Source: Betaproteobacteria bacterium (GTDB lineage: Bacteria > Acidobacteriota > Vicinamibacteria > Vicinamibacterales > CAVVIG01). From it: a stretch of DNA of 64,000 nt. Location of the stretch: positions 7,059-71,058 of the forward strand of contig JBLMXQ010000040.1 in the NCBI GenBank assembly GCA_050257855.1, given 5' to 3'. This document shows positions 15,397 through 25,413 of the stretch, one piece after another. A model generated the notes under the pieces. The model did no database searches and was not told the origin of the DNA. It worked only from the letters and a program-made list of their open reading frames with translations. Position numbers and translations under genes: made by a program. Each line of letters starts with the position of its first letter. The stretch's first letter is position 1.

Positions 15397-18300
15397 TGCC
15401 CGAAGAAGTACCGGAGGCCGAACTGGATCTCGCGGCCTCCCAGATACGTCACCGGGGTCCCGAACTGCGGACCGGACACGTTCGACACGGTCGCGACGTT
15501 CGCGCGGTTCAGCAGGTTGAACGCCTCGACGAGGACGCTCGCCGCCTGGGTGCCGAAGGCGAACTTCTTCTCGACGCGCACGTCGACGTCGGCGTACGGC
15601 TTGATCCGGAACGAGTTGCGCGGCTGGGACAGGTCGCGCTGGTCGACGAGGCCGTCGCCGTCGCTGTCGATGAGGCCGCGCGGGTTGAACGCGGTGCCGC
15701 TCCGCCAGAACGCGATGCCGCTCACGTTGACGTCGTAGGGCAGCACGGCGACGCCGTTGGCCACGAAGATGTGCGGCGCCGACTGGTTCGACGGCCCGTA
15801 GTCGTACCCGGGGTGGTTGTTGTTGGCGAAGGTCGAACCGACGGTGCCGGTCAGCAGGTTGTCGCGCGCGCGCGAGCCGGTGTACGAGACGCCGAACTGG
15901 TACCGGTCGCTGAACCGCTTGCGCGCCGACAGCACGATGCCGTCGTAGTTGACGAGGCCGTCGTAGGTCACCTCGCTGATCTGGGGTCCGCCGTCGGTCG
16001 TCTTGCCGAAGTTCGGGTCGCCGGGCGGCACGTCGAACAGGTTGATGATGCGCCGCGTCAGCAGGTCGCGCGACCGCCGGCGCACGTACATCGCCGACAC
16101 GGCGAAGTCGCCGGCGAACTGATGATCGACGCCGACGCTGAAGGCGTTGGTGTAGGGCACCTTGTCGCCCGAGTACTGCGACACCTGCCGGGTCACGTCG
16201 AGCGGCCCGCGCGGGAAGAACGACAGGACCCGGTTGCCGACGATCGAGCCGCCGGGCACGTCGAAGAACCGCCAGTCGGTCCCCGGATATTTCTGCTCGA
16301 GCAGTGCAATCGCCTGGTCGGCCGTTTTGCCCGACAACTGCTGGATGTTGTCCGCCGTCACGAGCGGCGCGTGCGCCGGGTCGGTGACCGCGATGCCGAG
16401 CAGCTTGTACAGGGCCAGCGGATCGGCGCGCAGGTCGGCCGCCATCTGCTGGTACCGCTTGTTCTCCGGCGGCCCGAACGTGTTCGGACCGGTCGGGAAC
16501 CCGCTCGTGATGACGTAGTCGATGAGCGAGTTCGTATAGTCGGCGCCGAGACGCGGCAGCGCCACGTCGAACACGGACTTCGTGAACACGCCCCCCTTCT
16601 CCGGCACCGTCGACGCCGCGGCCAGCAGGTTCCGGTCGAAGAAGAGCCCGTAGTCGGCCTTCACGATCGTCTTGTGCGTGCCGCCCACGTCCCAGGCGAA
16701 CCCGAGCCTCGGCGCGAGCGCCTTCTTGTAGCCGCCGAACAGACTCGAGTAGTCGTAGCGCACGCCCGCGTTGATCGTCACGTCGGGCAGCACCTGCCAC
16801 TGGTCCTGCGCGAAGCCCGAGACGTCGTTGGTCCTGATGTTCTGGTTCAGGCTCCCGTCGGGATTCGACGACAGCGTGAAGAACCGCGCCGCCGACCACT
16901 CGAAGCCGTAGAGATTGAAGTCCTGCGCGAAGACGTCTGCCTGGTTCGGCGCCAGGAACGCCGGCGAGTACTCGACGTCGTTGGTCACCTGCTGGTACCC
17001 GGTGACGCCGATGTGGTTGTAGTCCCAGCCGAACTTGAAGCTGTGATCGCCGGCCTTGCCGGGCAGGTAGTAGCTGAGCGCCTGCGCAACCTGGTAGCGC
17101 TTGCTCACCTGGTCGGTCTGTCCGCCGAACGGCGCTCCGGTCTGGATGAATCCGCTGCGCAGCAGCATCAGCAGCGGCTCCGACCGCTGCGACTGCCCGA
17201 GGTTGTTGCCGGTCTCCCCCCGCGCGAAGCCGAACGTCGACTCGAGGAACGTCGAGCTGCCGAATACCGCCGTCTCGCGGACGGCGCCGCTCGTCGCCGG
17301 CGTCTCGCGGGTCGCCGCCGCGCTCGGCATCGCGATCGTTCCGGCGACCGGCGAGCTGATGAGGCCGCTGTTCGTGTTCGTGCTCCGGTTGAACGTCGCC
17401 ATGAGCCGGTTGGACGGCGTCAGGTTGGCGTCGACCTTGAAGTTCCCGGTGAACGCGGCCGTCTCGGGCGCGATGCCGAAGTCCTCGACGTGGCTCGGCG
17501 TCGCGAGCCCGCTCAGCACGAATGCCGGGATCTTGCTCTTGTCGAAGTTGACGCCGCGCGTCTCGTTCAGCTTCTCGAACGATCCGAAGAAGAACGCCTT
17601 GTCCTTCACGATCGGCCCGCCGAGAGTCCCGCCCCACTGGTAGCGCTCGAGCTGCGGCGGCTTCGGCGTGACGTAGTTCGCCGGCAGCGGGCTGGGGGCC
17701 GGGATGTTGTTGGAGTCGAACCGGTCGTTGCGCGTGAACCAGAACGCCCGGCCGCCGAAGTTGTCGGTCCCCGAGCGGGTGACGATGTTGGCGACGCCCC
17801 CCTGGGCGCGGCCGAACTCGGCGGCGTAGCCGGTCGTGATGACCTCGAATTCCTTGATCGAGTCCTGCGTGTAGCGCACCAGCGCGCCGCCGTTGACCGG
17901 ATCGTTGTTCTCGGCACCGTCCACGAGATACGACACGGCGCTCGCCCGCTCGCCGAAGATCTCGACGTTGGTCGTCGACGTCAGGTTCGGATCCGGCTTG
18001 GCGCCGGGGACGAGCGCCACCAGGTCGGTGAAGTTGCGTCCGTTGAGCGGCAGCGCGTCGATCGTCCGCTGCGAGACCGTCGTCGTGATGTCGGAGCGCG
18101 TCACCTCGACCAGCGGAGCCTCGGCCGAGACCTGCACCGACTCGGAGACGCCCGCGATCGGCAGCGTGAAGTCGAGCGTCGTCTGCTGGTTCAGGACGAC
18201 TTCGACGTCGTGCCGCGTCTGGGCGGTGAAGCCGCTCAGCTCGACGGTGATGTCATACGTGCCCGGCGGGACGAGCGGAATCCGGTACGTGCCGTCGGCC

Positions 18301-18491
18301 GTCGTCGTCGCCGTCGCGCTCTGGCGCTGGAGGGACGGCCCCTTGATGGTGACCGTGGCGCCCGGGAGCACGGCGCCGCTGGCATCCTTGATGGTGCCGG
18401 CCACCGAACCGGTCACCTGCGCCCACGCCGGCGCGGCGGCGACGAGCAGCACGACGAACAAGACCACCTGCAGAACGCGACTGCGCTGCAT
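15393..18491 (-). CDS. TonB-dependent receptor with N-terminal carboxypeptidase-regulatory-like domain
   Basis: ATG 18491 after GGAGGGG. Signal MQRSRVLQVVLFVVLLVAAAPAWAQ; CarboxypepD_reg-like GTIKDASGAVLPGATVTIKG...TTTADGTYRIPLVPPGTYDITVELSGF; plug-like IDALPLNGRNFTDLVALVPG; long barrel ending ...LRYFFGQ. Confidence 0.85.
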   Translation of the reverse strand: MQRSRVLQVVLFVVLLVAAAPAWAQVTGSVAGTIKDASGAVLPGATVTIKGPSLQRQSATATTTADGTYRIPLVPPGTYDITVELSGFTAQTRHDVEVVLNQQTTLDFTLPIAGVSESVQVSAEAPLVEVTRSDITTTVSQRTIDALPLNGRNFTDLVALVPGAKPDPNLTSTTNVEIFGERASAVSYLVDGAENNDPVNGGALVRYTQDSIKEFEVITTGYAAEFGRAQGGVANIVTRSGTDNFGGRAFWFTRNDRFDSNNIPAPSPLPANYVTPKPPQLERYQWGGTLGGPIVKDKAFFFGSFEKLNETRGVNFDKSKIPAFVLSGLATPSHVEDFGIAPETAAFTGNFKVDANLTPSNRLMATFNRSTNTNSGLISSPVAGTIAMPSAAATRETPATSGAVRETAVFGSSTFLESTFGFARGETGNNLGQSQRSEPLLMLLRSGFIQTGAPFGGQTDQVSKRYQVAQALSYYLPGKAGDHSFKFGWDYNHIGVTGYQQVTNDVEYSPAFLAPNQADVFAQDFNLYGFEWSAARFFTLSSNPDGSLNQNIRTNDVSGFAQDQWQVLPDVTINAGVRYDYSSLFGGYKKALAPRLGFAWDVGGTHKTIVKADYGLFFDRNLLAAASTVPEKGGVFTKSVFDVALPRLGADYTNSLIDYVITSGFPTGPNTFGPPENKRYQQMAADLRADPLALYKLLGIAVTDPAHAPLVTADNIQQLSGKTADQAIALLEQKYPGTDWRFFDVPGGSIVGNRVLSFFPRGPLDVTRQVSQYSGDKVPYTNAFSVGVDHQFAGDFAVSAMYVRRRSRDLLTRRIINLFDVPPGDPNFGKTTDGGPQISEVTYDGLVNYDGIVLSARKRFSDRYQFGVSYTGSRARDNLLTGTVGSTFANNNHPGYDYGPSNQSAPHIFVANGVAVLPYDVNVSGIAFWRSGTAFNPRGLIDSDGDGLVDQRDLSQPRNSFRIKPYADVDVRVEKKFAFGTQAASVLVEAFNLLNRANVATVSNVSGPQFGTPVTYLGGREIQFGLRYFFGQ

Positions 18492-18510
18492 GGCATCCCC
18501 CTCCCCTCTC

Positions 18511-19971
18511 CTACCGATATCGAGCCGTGACGACCTTCTGTTCCGTGTAGAACCGCACGCCGTCCTTGCCATGGGCGTGGAGATCACCGAAGAACGACCC
18601 TTTCCAGCCGCTGAACGGGAAGACTGCGTACGGCGCCGGCACGCCGACGTTCACCCCGACCATGCCCGCCTCGACCTCGCTGACGAACCGGCGGACGGCC
18701 GAGGCATCGCTCGTGAAGATCACCGCGCCGTTGCCGTGCGCCGACCGGTTCACGACCGCGAGCGCCTCGTCGAGGCTCGCCACGCGGATGATCGAGAGGA
18801 CCGGGCCGAAGATCTCCTCGCGCGCGATCCGCATCGACGGCGAGACGCGATCGAAGACCGTCGCCCCGACGAAGTACCCGCCCTCCGGTCCCTTCGCGCG
18901 CCCGTCGAGCGCCAGGCTCGCGCCCTCCTTCACGCCGATATCGATGTAGGAGAGCACTCGCTCGCGCTGGGCGGCGTTGACGACCGGCCCCATCTCGCAG
19001 CCGGGCGCGTCGCCGGGCCCTACCTTCAGCGACGCGGCACGCTCGGTCAGCCTCGCCACCAGCACGTCGTTCGGATCGACGACGACCGCCACGCTGCCCG
19101 CCATGCACCGCTGGCCGGAAGATCCGAACGCCGAACCGAGAATCGCGTCCACCGCCGGCTCCACGTCGGCGTCGGGCATCACGACCATGTGGTTCTTCGC
19201 GCCGCCGAGCGCCTGCACGCGCTTGCCGAGCCCGGCCGCGCGCGCGTAGACCGCGGCGGCCGCCGCGCTCGATCCGACGATCGACACGGCGCGCACGAGC
19301 GGATGATCGATGAGCTGCTCGACCTGCCGCGCGCTGCCGTGGACGAGGCTGACGACGCCGGGCGGAAGCCCGGTTTCGGCCAGGAGCTCCACCAGCCGCA
19401 CGGCGGTCAGCGGCACCTTCTCGGACGGCTTCAGCACGAACGAGTTGCCGCAGGCGATCGCAATCGGCAGCATCCAGAGCGGCACCATCGCCGGAAAGTT
19501 GAACGGTGTGATGCCGACGCAGACGCCGAGCGGCTGGCGCAGACTGTAGGCGTCGACGCCGGTCGCCACGTTCTCGAGGGTCTCGCCCATCATCAGCGTC
19601 GGAATGCCGCAGGCGAACTCGACGACCTCGATGCCGCGCTGCACCGAGCCGCGGGCATCCTCGAGCGCCTTGCCGTGCTCGCGCGTGATGAGCCGGGCGA
19701 TCTCCTCCTTGTGCGCGTCGAGCAGGTCGCGATACCTGAACAGGTACCTGGCGCGCGCCGGCGTCGGCACGCGCCGCCACTGCCGGAACGCGCGGTCGGC
19801 CGCCGCAACGGTCTCGTCTATTTCCGCGGCGGTGCACAGTGGCGCGGCGGCGATGACCTCGCCGGTCGCCGGGTTGTGCACGTCGAGGCGCTCGCCGGCC
19901 GACGACTCGCGCCAGACGCCGTTGCTGAAGAACCGGCACGCCGCCGCACCGGAGCGTGTGGCCACAGTCAT
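18511..19971 (-). CDS. mmsA: CoA-acylating methylmalonate/malonate-semialdehyde dehydrogenase
   Basis: ALDH superfamily with MmsA-type features: FNFPAMVPLWMLPIAIACGNSFVLKPSE, GSSGQRCMA (catalytic Cys), and the C-terminal FPFSGWKGSFFGDLHAHGKDGVRFYT typical of MmsA. GGAG lies 9 nt upstream of ATG 19971. Confidence 0.88.
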   Translation of the reverse strand: MTVATRSGAAACRFFSNGVWRESSAGERLDVHNPATGEVIAAAPLCTAAEIDETVAAADRAFRQWRRVPTPARARYLFRYRDLLDAHKEEIARLITREHGKALEDARGSVQRGIEVVEFACGIPTLMMGETLENVATGVDAYSLRQPLGVCVGITPFNFPAMVPLWMLPIAIACGNSFVLKPSEKVPLTAVRLVELLAETGLPPGVVSLVHGSARQVEQLIDHPLVRAVSIVGSSAAAAAVYARAAGLGKRVQALGGAKNHMVVMPDADVEPAVDAILGSAFGSSGQRCMAGSVAVVVDPNDVLVARLTERAASLKVGPGDAPGCEMGPVVNAAQRERVLSYIDIGVKEGASLALDGRAKGPEGGYFVGATVFDRVSPSMRIAREEIFGPVLSIIRVASLDEALAVVNRSAHGNGAVIFTSDASAVRRFVSEVEAGMVGVNVGVPAPYAVFPFSGWKGSFFGDLHAHGKDGVRFYTEQKVVTARYR

Positions 19972-19995
19972 GATGAAACTCCGAAGAACGGCAAG

Positions 19996-20024
19996 CTTTT
20001 ACTAGAAAGATGCAAGGTTGTCAA
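19996..20024 (-). promoter_or_regulatory. Candidate sigma70-type promoter of the mmsA-receptor-peptidase operon
   Basis: On the minus strand: TTGACA (20024-20019), 17 nt, TAAAAG (20001-19996). It lies in the AT-richest intergenic stretch, about 25 nt upstream of ATG 19971. Confidence 0.45.
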
Positions 20025-20032
20025 ACTTTGCA
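20011..20032. promoter_or_regulatory. Imperfect palindrome, candidate operator of the MerR-XRE-cupin regulator
   Basis: TGCAAGGTT-gtca-AACTTTGCA has 8 of 9 arm positions complementary. It is centred on the shared TTGTCAA/TTGACAA core that provides the -35 hexamers of both divergent promoters. Confidence 0.4.
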
Positions 20033-20047
20033 GCTTTCTTGTAGGAT
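20018..20047 (+). promoter_or_regulatory. Candidate promoter of the regulator/S58 operon
   Basis: TTGTCA (20018-20023), 18 nt, TAGGAT (20042-20047), 17 nt upstream of ATG 20065. Confidence 0.35.
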
Positions 20048-20064
20048 CCCGCCACCCGTTCGCC

Positions 20065-20862
20065 ATGCCCCGCCCAACCCGGCTCGGCTTCCTGACCGTC
20101 GGTCAGACGGCGCGCATCCTCGGGGTGAGCCCGTCCACGCTCCGCCTCTGGGAAAACGTCGGACTGGTCGTGCCCGCGCGGAGCGACGGCCGCTACCGGC
20201 TGTACAGCCCCGATCTGATCAAGGTCCTCAAGCGCATCAAGTACCTGCGGGACGTGAAGCAGCTCAACGTGCCCGGCATCAAGCAGGCGCTCGGGCGGCC
20301 GGCCGTCGCCAGCGGCCACGCCGCGCCGGCCAGTTTCGGCCCGAAGCTGCGGAAGCTGCGCCAGCGCAGCGGCCTCGGCATCGCCGCCGCCGCCAGGCGC
20401 GCCCAGATCTCGGCCGGCTTCCTGAGCGCCGTCGAGCGCGCCAACGCCAACCCGTCCGTCGCCACGCTGCAGCGGCTCGCCAAGGCGTACGGCACGACCG
20501 TGCTGGAGCTGTTCAACCTGCCGCGCCAGGCCTCGCGTCTGGTGCGCGCGCGCGACCGCCGCGCCCTCCAGACTCACGCCGGCGTTACGATGGAGCTGCT
20601 CTCCACCGGCACGACGATGCTGGAGTCGATGCTGTTCCGCGTCGCGCCGGGAGGCGGCAGCGACGGCGCCTACTCGCACCAGGGCGAGGAGTTCATCTAC
20701 ATGCTGAGCGGTACACTCGAGCTCTGGCTCGACGAGTTCGAATGTCACAAGCTCCAGGAAGGCGACAGCTTCTGGTTCGAGAGCACGCTCGGCCATCGGT
20801 GGTACAACCCGTCTAAAGAGGACGCGGTGCTGTTGTGGATCAACACACCGCCGACGTTCTAG
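20065..20862 (+). CDS. Three-domain transcriptional regulator: MerR-type HTH + XRE (Cro/C1) HTH + cupin
   Basis: Residues 1-70: LTVGQTARILGVSPSTLRLWENVGLVVPARSDGRYRLYSPDLIKVLKRIKYLR (MerR HTH). Middle: GPKLRKLRQRSGLGIAAAARRAQISAGFLSAVERANANPSVATLQRLAKAYGTTVLELF (HTH_3). C-terminus: SHQGEEFIYMLSGTLELWLDEFECHKLQEGDSFWFESTLGHRWYN (cupin_2). This is the in-frame tail of the shadow ORF 17893..20862. Confidence 0.8.
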   Translation: MPRPTRLGFLTVGQTARILGVSPSTLRLWENVGLVVPARSDGRYRLYSPDLIKVLKRIKYLRDVKQLNVPGIKQALGRPAVASGHAAPASFGPKLRKLRQRSGLGIAAAARRAQISAGFLSAVERANANPSVATLQRLAKAYGTTVLELFNLPRQASRLVRARDRRALQTHAGVTMELLSTGTTMLESMLFRVAPGGGSDGAYSHQGEEFIYMLSGTLELWLDEFECHKLQEGDSFWFESTLGHRWYNPSKEDAVLLWINTPPTF

Positions 20863-20883
20863 CGAAGAGACGAGGGTCCAGAC

Positions 20884-21981
<1,098 letters not shown>

Positions 21982-22044
21982 GCGCCTGCGGGTGTCCCGG
22001 GCCCCCCCGGCGCGGCAGCCGGGCAATCTAACGGCGCCTCGCAG

Positions 22045-23454
22045 ATGAACGCCCATCTCGTCCTGCTCTTCGTCTACTCGGGCCTGCTGATCGCGCTCGG
22101 GCTGTGGATCGGCCGGCGCGTGTCCGGCACCAGCGACTTCTTCGTGGCCGGCCGGCGCCTCGGGCCGGGCCTCCTCTTCTCGACGATGCTGGCCGCCAAC
22201 ATCGGGGCGGGGTCCACGGTGGGCGCCACCGGCCTCGGCTATCGCGACGGCGTCGCAGCGTGGTGGTGGGTCGGTTCGGCCGGCATCGGATCGATCGTGC
22301 TGGCGCTGTGGATCGGCCCCGCAATCCGCCGCGTCGCCGCGGAGCACGATCTCCGGACGGTGGGCGACTATCTCGAGCATCGCTACAGCCGCAGCGTTCG
22401 CGCGGTCGTGTCCGTGCTGCTGTGGCTCGGCTCGATTGCGATCCTCGCCGGGCAGCTCATCGCGGTCGCCTGGATCCTCAACGTCGTCACCGGCCTGCCG
22501 AAGTACGCGGGGTGTCTGGTGGCCGGCGTCGTGGTCACGGTGTACTTCACGGCGGGCGGCCTGCTCACCTCGGCGTGGGTGAACATGGTGCAGCTGACGG
22601 TCAAGCTGGCCGGCTTCGCGATCGCGGTGCCGCTCGCGCTGGCGGCGGCCGGGGGCTGGGGCGGGCTGCAGTCCGCCGGGGCGGGACACCAGGGCTACTG
22701 GAACCCGTGGCAGGGCGGCGCGTCGGGCTGGATGTACCTGGCGATGCTCGGCCCAGCGTTCGTGATCTCGCCCGGGCTGCTGCAGAAGATCTACGGCGCG
22801 CGCGACGACCGCACGGTGCGTCTCGGCGTGGGCGCGAACGCGATCGGCCTGCTGCTGTATGCGCCGATTCCGGCGCTGATGGGCATCATCGCACGGGCCA
22901 GGTTTCCCTCGCTCGGCAACAGCGAGCTGGCGCTGCCGATGGTGCTGATGTACGGCGTGCCGACGGCGATCGGGAGCCTCGGCCTCGCGGCGGTCTTCTC
23001 GGCGGAGATGAGCGCCGCCGACGCCGTGCTGTTCATGCTGACGACGTCGCTGTCCCAGGACCTCTACAAGCGGTTCCTGAATCCGGCGGCGACCGATCGG
23101 CGCGTGCTGGCGGTGACGCGGGGCGCGGCCGTCGCATCGGGGTCGCTCGGCGTGGCGCTCGCGATCGTCTCGCCGTCGATCATCGGCGTGCTGAGCATCT
23201 TCTACACGCTGCTCGGCGTCAGCCTCTTCGTCCCGATCGTCGCGGGTCTGTACCTGCGGCGCTCGTCGACGATCGAGGCGCTGGCGGCCATCGCGGCCGG
23301 CGTCGCCGCCATGCTCGCAGCGCAGCTGGCGACCGGCGGCCGGGGTGTCGGCCAGCTGACGCCGGCGATGATTGGCCTCGCTGCCGCGGCCGCAGGCTTT
23401 GCGATTGTGCTCGCAGCACGGACAGGGAAGAGGCAGGATCGGTTCCGGTCCTGA
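22045..23454 (+). CDS. Sodium:solute symporter family (SSF) transporter
   Basis: About 12-13 TM segments. The N-terminal DFFVAGRRLGPGLLFSTMLAANIGAGSTVG signature is typical of PutP/PanF/SglT-type SSF carriers. Confidence 0.88.
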   Translation: MNAHLVLLFVYSGLLIALGLWIGRRVSGTSDFFVAGRRLGPGLLFSTMLAANIGAGSTVGATGLGYRDGVAAWWWVGSAGIGSIVLALWIGPAIRRVAAEHDLRTVGDYLEHRYSRSVRAVVSVLLWLGSIAILAGQLIAVAWILNVVTGLPKYAGCLVAGVVVTVYFTAGGLLTSAWVNMVQLTVKLAGFAIAVPLALAAAGGWGGLQSAGAGHQGYWNPWQGGASGWMYLAMLGPAFVISPGLLQKIYGARDDRTVRLGVGANAIGLLLYAPIPALMGIIARARFPSLGNSELALPMVLMYGVPTAIGSLGLAAVFSAEMSAADAVLFMLTTSLSQDLYKRFLNPAATDRRVLAVTRGAAVASGSLGVALAIVSPSIIGVLSIFYTLLGVSLFVPIVAGLYLRRSSTIEALAAIAAGVAAMLAAQLATGGRGVGQLTPAMIGLAAAAAGFAIVLAARTGKRQDRFRS

Positions 23455-23472
23455 AGGATTCAGTCTCCAGAC

Positions 23473-24258
23473 ATGCCGACCGACAACATCTTCTCTCTCG
23501 CCAACAAGACGGCAGCAATCATCGGCGCCGGGTCGGGCATCGGCGAAGCGGTCGCGGCGGGCGCGGCCGCGCTGGGCGCGTTCGTCGCCTGTCTCGACAT
23601 GAACGGGACCGCCGCGAAAGCCGTTGCCGGCCGCATCGGGCCCGACACGGCGGCGGCGGCGCTCGACATCCGGGACGCGCGGGCCACGGGAGAGGCGCTG
23701 GAGGCAATCGCGCGCGAGCGAGGACGCCTCGACGTCGTCGTGTGCACGCCGGGCATCAACGTGCGCAAGCTGATTCTCCAGTACACGGAAGAGGAGTTCG
23801 ATCGCGTCGTCGCGGTGAATCTCAAGGGCAGCTTCAACGTGCTGCAGGCGGCCGGGCGCGTGATGACGAAGCAGGGCAGCGGGAGCATCGTGCTCTTCTC
23901 GTCGATTCGAGCGCAGGTCGTCGAGCCCGGACAGTCCGTGTACGCGATGTCGAAGGCGGGCATCCTGCAGCTCGTTCGCGCGGGCGCGGCCGAGTTCGGC
24001 GCGTCCGGCGTTCGTGTCAACGCGATCGGGCCCGGAGTGGTCGAAACGCCGCTCACCGAACCGATCAAGGCCAACCGTTCCTGGTACGACGCGTACGCGA
24101 ACAAGAGCGTCCTGAAGCGGTGGGCGCGGGCGGACGAGATGGTCGGCCCCACGCTGTTTCTCGCGTCCGACGCGGCGAGCTACGTGACCGGCACGATTCT
24201 GTTCGCCGACGGCGGCTGGCTGGCCGCCGACGGGCGGTTCACGCCGCCGGGGATGTAA
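23473..24258 (+). CDS. SDR family NAD(P)-dependent oxidoreductase
   Basis: TAAIIGAGSGIGEA (TGxxxGxG-like), catalytic YAMSKAG (YxxxK) and NAIGPGVVETP. Confidence 0.88.
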   Translation: MPTDNIFSLANKTAAIIGAGSGIGEAVAAGAAALGAFVACLDMNGTAAKAVAGRIGPDTAAAALDIRDARATGEALEAIARERGRLDVVVCTPGINVRKLILQYTEEEFDRVVAVNLKGSFNVLQAAGRVMTKQGSGSIVLFSSIRAQVVEPGQSVYAMSKAGILQLVRAGAAEFGASGVRVNAIGPGVVETPLTEPIKANRSWYDAYANKSVLKRWARADEMVGPTLFLASDAASYVTGTILFADGGWLAADGRFTPPGM

Positions 24259-24285
24259 TACCCGGGGCCGGGGGCTGGGACGACG

Positions 24286-25347
24286 ATGGGCCATTTCAGA
24301 ATCGCGGTGATCGCAGGTGACGGCATCGGACGCGAGGTGATCCCGGCGGGCATCGGCGTCCTCCGTGCGGCGGCGCGCGGGTCGGACGTCGAATTGCGTT
24401 TCACCGAGCTGCCGTGGGGCTGCGAGCACTACCTCGCCAGCGGCCGGATGATGGACGCGGACGGTCTCGACCGGCTCTCCGAATTCGACGCGATCTATCT
24501 CGGCGCGATCGGCGCGCCCGGCGTTCCCGACCACGTGTCGGTCTGGGAGCTCATCCTGCCGATCCGGCAGCACTTCGATCAATACGTCAACCTGCGGCCG
24601 ATGCGGCTCCTGCCCGGGCTCAGGTCGCCGCTCGCCGATCGGGGCGCGGCCGACATCGACATGGTGTGCGTGCGCGAGAACTCGGAGGGCGAGTACGCGG
24701 GGGTCGGCGGGCGGCTTCACGCGGGCACGCCGCACGAGGTCGCGGAGCAGACGGGGCTGTTCACGCGCCGCGGCATCGAGCGGATCCTCAGGTACGGGTT
24801 CGAGGCCGCTTCGTCGCGGCCGCGGCGGCTCCTCGCGAGCGCCACGAAGTCCAACGCGCTGCAGCATTCGATGGTGCTCTGGGACGAGGTTGCGGAGCAG
24901 GTGCGGGGCGACTATCCGGCGGTCGAGTACCGCAAGTATCACGTCGACGCACTCGCGGCGCGCATGGTGACGCATCCGCAGACGCTCGACGTCATCGTGG
25001 CGTCGAATCTCTTCGGCGACATCCTCACGGATCTCGGCGCGGCGATCTCGGGCAGCCTCGGCATCGCGCCCGGCGCGAACATCAACCCGGAGCGGAGGCA
25101 TCCGTCGATGTTCGAGCCGATTCACGGCTCGGCGCCCGACATCGCGGGGCGCGGCATCGCGAACCCGATCGGCGCCATCTGGGCCGGCGCGCTCATGCTC
25201 GATTACCTCGGCCGCCGCGATCTGCACGATCGCGTGCTGGCGGCGATCGAGCGGGTGGTCGCCGCCGGCAAGGTGCGAACGCCGGATCTCGGGGGCAGCG
25301 CGACGACGGCCGACGTGACGAGCGCCATCACTGCCGAGCTGCGATAG
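24286..25347 (+). CDS. Tartrate dehydrogenase/decarboxylase / D-malate dehydrogenase-like beta-hydroxyacid oxidative decarboxylase (IMDH/ICDH superfamily)
   Basis: RIAVIAGDGIGREV, WGCEHYLASGRMMDADGL, FDQYVNLRP, VRENSEGEYAG, NLFGDILTDLGA, EPIHGSAPDIAG. The order and spelling closely follow the TtuC/DmlA type. Confidence 0.85.
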   Translation: MGHFRIAVIAGDGIGREVIPAGIGVLRAAARGSDVELRFTELPWGCEHYLASGRMMDADGLDRLSEFDAIYLGAIGAPGVPDHVSVWELILPIRQHFDQYVNLRPMRLLPGLRSPLADRGAADIDMVCVRENSEGEYAGVGGRLHAGTPHEVAEQTGLFTRRGIERILRYGFEAASSRPRRLLASATKSNALQHSMVLWDEVAEQVRGDYPAVEYRKYHVDALAARMVTHPQTLDVIVASNLFGDILTDLGAAISGSLGIAPGANINPERRHPSMFEPIHGSAPDIAGRGIANPIGAIWAGALMLDYLGRRDLHDRVLAAIERVVAAGKVRTPDLGGSATTADVTSAITAELR

Positions 25348-25376
25348 AGCCCCCACACCGCGAGGGACGCATCGGA

Positions 25377-25402
25377 CGCGAAGGAAGGCGCTGTCCTTCG
25401 CG
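25377..25402 (+). other. Intercistronic 9-bp stem-loop between the TDH-like and amidohydrolase genes
   Basis: cgcgaagga-aggcgctg-tccttcgcg. It starts 30 nt after the stop at 25347 and ends 11 nt before ATG 25414. No U-tract. Confidence 0.35.
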
Positions 25403-25413
25403 GCAGGCCGCAC

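Noticed and set aside
14119-17637. The 1172-aa fused ORF suggesting a giant peptidase.
   Set aside because: Only the last 426 codons (from GTG 15396) show M20 motifs. The upstream 746 codons are a shadow frame of the TonB-dependent receptor gene, whose own frame has clear signal, plug and barrel features.
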